DNA of 64,000 nt from the human T2T-CHM13v2.0 reference genome, Homo sapiens. Positions within the stretch are counted from its first letter, which is position 1. Each line of letters starts with the position of its first letter. The stretch is from assembly GCF_009914755.1 (NCBI RefSeq), contig NC_060931.1; one strand, 5' to 3'. A program made the position numbers and the translations under genes. Under the pieces are notes generated by a model that was given only the letters and a program-made list of their open reading frames with translations, did not search any database and was not told the DNA's origin. Positions 59,291 to 64,000 of this stretch are shown here, in pieces.

Positions 59291-61960
59291 GTAAGCAGAA
59301 ACTTAAGGTCTACCCTGAGCACTAATTAAAAATTTCAAAGGCTTTATTTTTTTAAATCACACATGAATACATATCATTTTATTATTAACCAAAGGAGAAA
59401 TAAATCAATCTTACACATTGTGGGTCAAAGGTTATAGCTCCTAGTCCAAGCAAGATGACAGCTGAATTCCAATTCAGTTGACTTGTGGTCAGGGCACCCT
59501 GGAACATAAGCAATTTAAACTGAGTTTTCTACACTTGGATAAAATGGCACATTTTGGCAGAATTTTAAGGTTTACAGTTTCACATTCCAAGGTGTGGCTG
59601 TTGTACCATTCTGACACAGAATTGGCATCTCTAATTAACGTTATGTAAAACAGAGGCCTGTGAGGCAGAGCTGGAGGAGACCGTTCCTTGTGAGGCAAAT
59701 AGTGGTATTTTTAGAACCAAACCGGATTTTTCTTTTGGGGTCCACATGGCACTTAACAGATGGTGATGTGGGCGACTGTGGTTTAAGATCTGACTCGGTT
59801 CATAAAGACACCCAGTCTTGTCCTGGTCCCACCCTATAGGCAGTGATGGCTCCAGGCTCATCCAAACAACTCTGCAACAAGATGGTGTCAGCCATCCACG
59901 TGGGTGGACACCGCTGGACCCCGTAGACAGGCAGCGCCTGGACTGCAGGGCATCTGGGAACTCAGCCTGCTTCAGCCTGCTGGCGATGTTCAGAATTAGC
60001 ATAAGCATGCTTATTTTAATTTGGAAAAGAACTTGAAGTTTTTCCCCTCATGGCTCTTTTTAGTTCTTAAAGAATATAAGTTTCCATTGAAACTACCCTT
60101 CCCCAAAGGCTACTACCCTTCTTTGAATTGTTCTTTAATATTCCATTCTGTCTGCTATATAGGCTGCATTTATTCAGAAACCAATTCTGGCAAGTTAAGT
60201 AGAAAGAAGAGAGAAAGCCATTTAACATGTGCTCATTTTCTTTTTTCAGAAAACATTACACATAACTCCTGGATAGAAATTCCTTACTACCAACACACGT
60301 GCTACTAAATTCATTTTCTTAATTTGATCACATTTTATTTTTAAAAATAATTTGTTCCCTATATCAATATCCTGTTCCACTTATTTGAAATTTATTTGAT
60401 CTTGTCTTTGTGATTTGTTGAATTAAAAAGTACTCAGAATTCCACTAGATTTTGGAAATATGTAAATTTAAAAATTAAAGTTATCTCCAACCTCACTATA
60501 ATTCCCTGTCTGGTAATGTTTATTAAAACTTTCACTTATATATTTTCTTTTATGCCCATGCAATCATTCACATAAACAGTATGTGTTTGTGAGTGATGTG
60601 TGTTTCACCCCAAAATGATACAAACATCGTTTTCAACTTGCCTTTGTCACCTAAATCAGTCACGGATAGCTTTCTCAGCAATTTCATATAAATCTTCATT
60701 TTGCTTGAACAGTTGCATAATGATCCATTCTATGGCTGTTACATATTTATCCCACCTATTCCTGAAAATTTAGGTCATGCCAATTTTGTTTTTGTTTTTG
60801 TTTTTACTGTCATGGAACGACAAGCCTGCTGCATCCTTGTTCATACTCAGAGCTTTATGCACTCATATGTTATCTTGGTAGAAACGATTCCTAGAGGAGG
60901 ATTGCTGGGTGCACTTTGAACATTTTTATAAATTTTGACAAATAATGCTCCAGAACTCTTGAACCAGTCTACACTCCCATCAGCAGTGATACATGCACCC
61001 TCCCATCCCACCTTAGTGCCAGTGTTACTGACTCTCCACTAGAAGCTGCCCTCTGCCTGGACTGGTTGGCACTTGAGTTAACATTTTTGTTCAACCGTGA
61101 TTTGCTTTCCTAAGACACAATAAACTCAACAAAACCTGGTTTTCAATCTTAGATAATTTGCCGCAGTAGCATTATTCCCTGGAGAACAGTATCAGACCAG
61201 ACTTTCCTGGGACTTACCAAAGCATACACTGTGCATAGTCAGGTGTGGGCCACACCACTAAGTTAACCAGGGTCAGTTTTCCACATCCCATGGAAAGGGA
61301 GATTAAGTTATGTTAGTTATTTTCTACACCGTATGCATTTCCAGACAGAACACTGCTAGACACATTTATAAAATGTATAACAATCAGATAACTGTTACCA
61401 GTAATTGGCAGCCAAGCAAATCCACCCCAGCTACAAATCCACCCACCACAGGAGCAAAATAAATGTTATTTTTCCTTTTTCCCAGATGAATAGAACCCTC
61501 AGATTCATTTCAGCTGTATAGAATGAAAAAGCCTTCCAGCTAGCAGCTGTCAGTAAACTGTTCTTTTTTTCTGTATAGACAATATAACATCAATAAAGAT
61601 AGTTTGTGAAAACAGGAGGGAGGAAAAAAAAACAAAAATCCTGACAAGTACTTTATTTTTATTTTTACACATGTCCTTCTATGTCCATCTGTCAGTATCT
61701 TTATGTGCTTGAAATCTTTTTATGAATACATTTTTACATTATATTTTCATTATAAACACAATATTTCATTAGATACTCCATGTAAGAGTTGCAGCCTTTG
61801 TGGTCAGTGTGTGTATGGTTCAGTGAGGGATGGTGCTGACCTCCCCAGAAAAGACTTCTGCTTCTTTAGATATTCCAGTATTGGATTAGGATTGCTCATT
61901 CTGGGTATACCAGAGCCTTACAGGGTGCCTAGAAATGGGAGCCAGTGCCGGGAGAAGGCC

Positions 61961-61989
61961 AAAAAAAAAAAAAAAAAAAAAAAAAAAAA
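61961..61989. repeat. (A)29 homopolymer
   Basis: Direct reading; no adjacent Alu or L1 body. Confidence 0.95.
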
Positions 61990-62659
61990 CAGTGGATGGT
62001 GGAGGCAGCATTCGTTGCAGTAATTCCACTCAGGAATTTGTTGTCTGACACTTCACAAAGCTCTGCTAACTCAAGGTGAAGCCAGCTAGCAACCTGAAAT
62101 TGTGAATTTAGTGTGGCTGGCGGGATAACCAGAATAATCAAGGGTGAGAGAAAGACAGGCAGGTGAGGAAAATGAACAAACAGCTACCTGAACAAGCAGT
62201 GCAGCCTGTGATCTCAGTTTAGAATAAAGACCAAATGTAAACTTTCTTAAATTCAGACTGCATTTGAAGTCATTGTTTGAGGTTTCATGTGTTTTTGTTG
62301 TTTGTTGTTAATTTTGCTCCTTCCTTCCCTCCCTCCCTTCTTGTATTTGTATTATGTCCCCCAAATGCCTATTATTTGGCAGTAATTTTTTTTTCTTAAA
62401 GCCTTTAATATCAGAATCTCAAAAAGACTGGAACATATCAAAGTGAGTGGGGGAGAATTTGCAGTTGGAATAAGCATATTCAGTTTTTCTTTTTCTGTCA
62501 GGATACTTGATTACTTCTGAAATTTTAAATAACAGTCATGAAAGGCTTAAGGGTTTTATATTTAAAAGAGGGTATTGAGTTAACTAAAGTGTAGAAATGC
62601 TACTGTACAAGAATACAAAGTTGTATTCCATGTTAAATTTTTACCTCTTTATGTCATTC

Positions 62660-64000
62660 TTTTTAAAAATTTTAATTACTTTATCAGGGTATAATTGACA
62701 TACTGTAAATTGCATGTTTAAGGTGTACAGCTTAAGTTTTGACATGTGTATAATCCCATGAAATCATCACCACATTCAAGATAGTGATCTATCCATCATT
62801 CCCCCTCAATTTCTTTGAACCTCCTTGTAGTCCCCCCTTTCCTTCCCTCTTTCTGCTTCCATCCCCAAGCGACTACTGATCTGTCTGCTGTCACTGTAGA
62901 TTAGTTTGCATTTTCTTAAATTTTGTATAATTGGAAACATAAGTTATCTACTTTTGATTTTTGCCCTGGCTTTTTTTAGTGAGCATAACTATTTTGAGAT
63001 CCATCCATGTTGTTGCTAGTGTCAGTTGTTTATTCTTTTTTTTATTGCCAAGTGATATGCCATTGTATAGATATTTCACACATTTTTTAAACTCTTCACC
63101 TGTTGATGGACATTTTAGTTTCCAGTTTTGTTGTACCTTTCTATTACAAGTAAAACTGCTGTGAACATTCATGTAAAATTCTTTATGGGACATGTTTTGT
63201 CTTCCGTTGGATTCCCGTAAGAGTGGAAAGCTCAATCAATACGGTGGGTGTATGCTTAACTCTTTTAAAAACTGCCAGTCTGTTTTCCAATGTTGCCATA
63301 CCATTTACATTGCCACCAGCAGTGTATGAGTTCCAGTTGTTGTACATCTTTAATTTTAGACGTTTTAATAGGTATGAACTAATATTCCATAGTGGTTTTA
63401 ATTTGCATTTCTCTAATGATTAATGGTGAGCATCTTTTCATGTACTTGTTTTCCATCTATATGTCTTCTTTGGTTAAGTGTTTGTTCAGATCTTTTGTTC
63501 CTTTTTTATTGGATTACTAATTTCTGATCATTGAGTTTTGAGAGTGCTTTATTCTGGATGAGAACTTTATCAGTTATTTGTAAATATTTTCTCTCAGTCT
63601 CTGGTTTGCTTTCTCATTGTCTTCACAGTTTCTTTTGAAGAGCAAGAGACATAATTTTGATGAAATCCCAAGAAATCTTGATCTACCCCATGGTCACAAA
63701 GATTTTCTTCTGTTTTCCTCCAGAGGTTTTATAGTTTTAGGTTTTATGTTTAGGTCTAGGATCGATTTTTAGTTAATTTTTGTTTATGGTGCCAGGGACA
63801 GATTAAAATTCCTTTTTAAATTTTATTTTTGACATATAGTTTTTTAATTTTTCCATTGCCATTTGTGGAAAAGACTATCCTTTCTCCACTGAATTGCTTT
63901 TGCAACTTTATTGAAAGTCAGTTGGCCATGTGTGTATAAGTATTCATAGACTGTTTCATCTTGATGTCAGTGCCACACTGTCTTGATTACCGTGGCTCTA
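62660..64000 (-). mobile_element. L1MC/L1MB-type LINE 3' region, running off the window
   Basis: gtataattgacatactgtaaattgcatgtttaaggtgtacag...ttgagatccatccatgttgttg...tgccacactgtcttgattac. Confidence 0.82.

Noticed and set aside
59631-60008. 125-aa minus-strand ORF in the GC-richer segment
   Set aside because: No recognisable domain; this length is expected by chance at locally higher GC.

Overview
Primate (most likely human) genomic DNA lying entirely inside a large + strand gene. Only two short coding exons are present: 9489-9609 ([41 protein letters not shown]) and 37958-38051 (GVGCIFVEMIQGVAAFPGMKDIQDQLERIFL). They splice in frame across a 28,348-bp intron and encode kinase subdomains VII-X of the PFTAIRE-type cyclin-dependent kinase CDK14 (PFTK1). 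The rest is AT-rich intron with typical repeats: about a dozen Alus, a young 5'-inverted L1PA with TSDs, older L1/L2/MIR fragments, a complete MER11 solo LTR, other ERV1/ERVL/MaLR LTRs, hAT DNA-transposon relics and microsatellites. Apart from L1 ORF2 fragments, the supplied ORFs look spurious, and the track misses both real exons. I cannot support a previously undescribed biological system here. The most notable observations are a twin-primed L1 missing about 0.7 kb at its inversion, an inverted templated copy of an LTR segment with repair-like flanking duplications, a perfect 63-bp tandem duplication, two candidate frame-breaking splice events and a hAT transposase fossil. Repeat subfamily names come from recalled consensus sequences and need RepeatMasker/Dfam confirmation.
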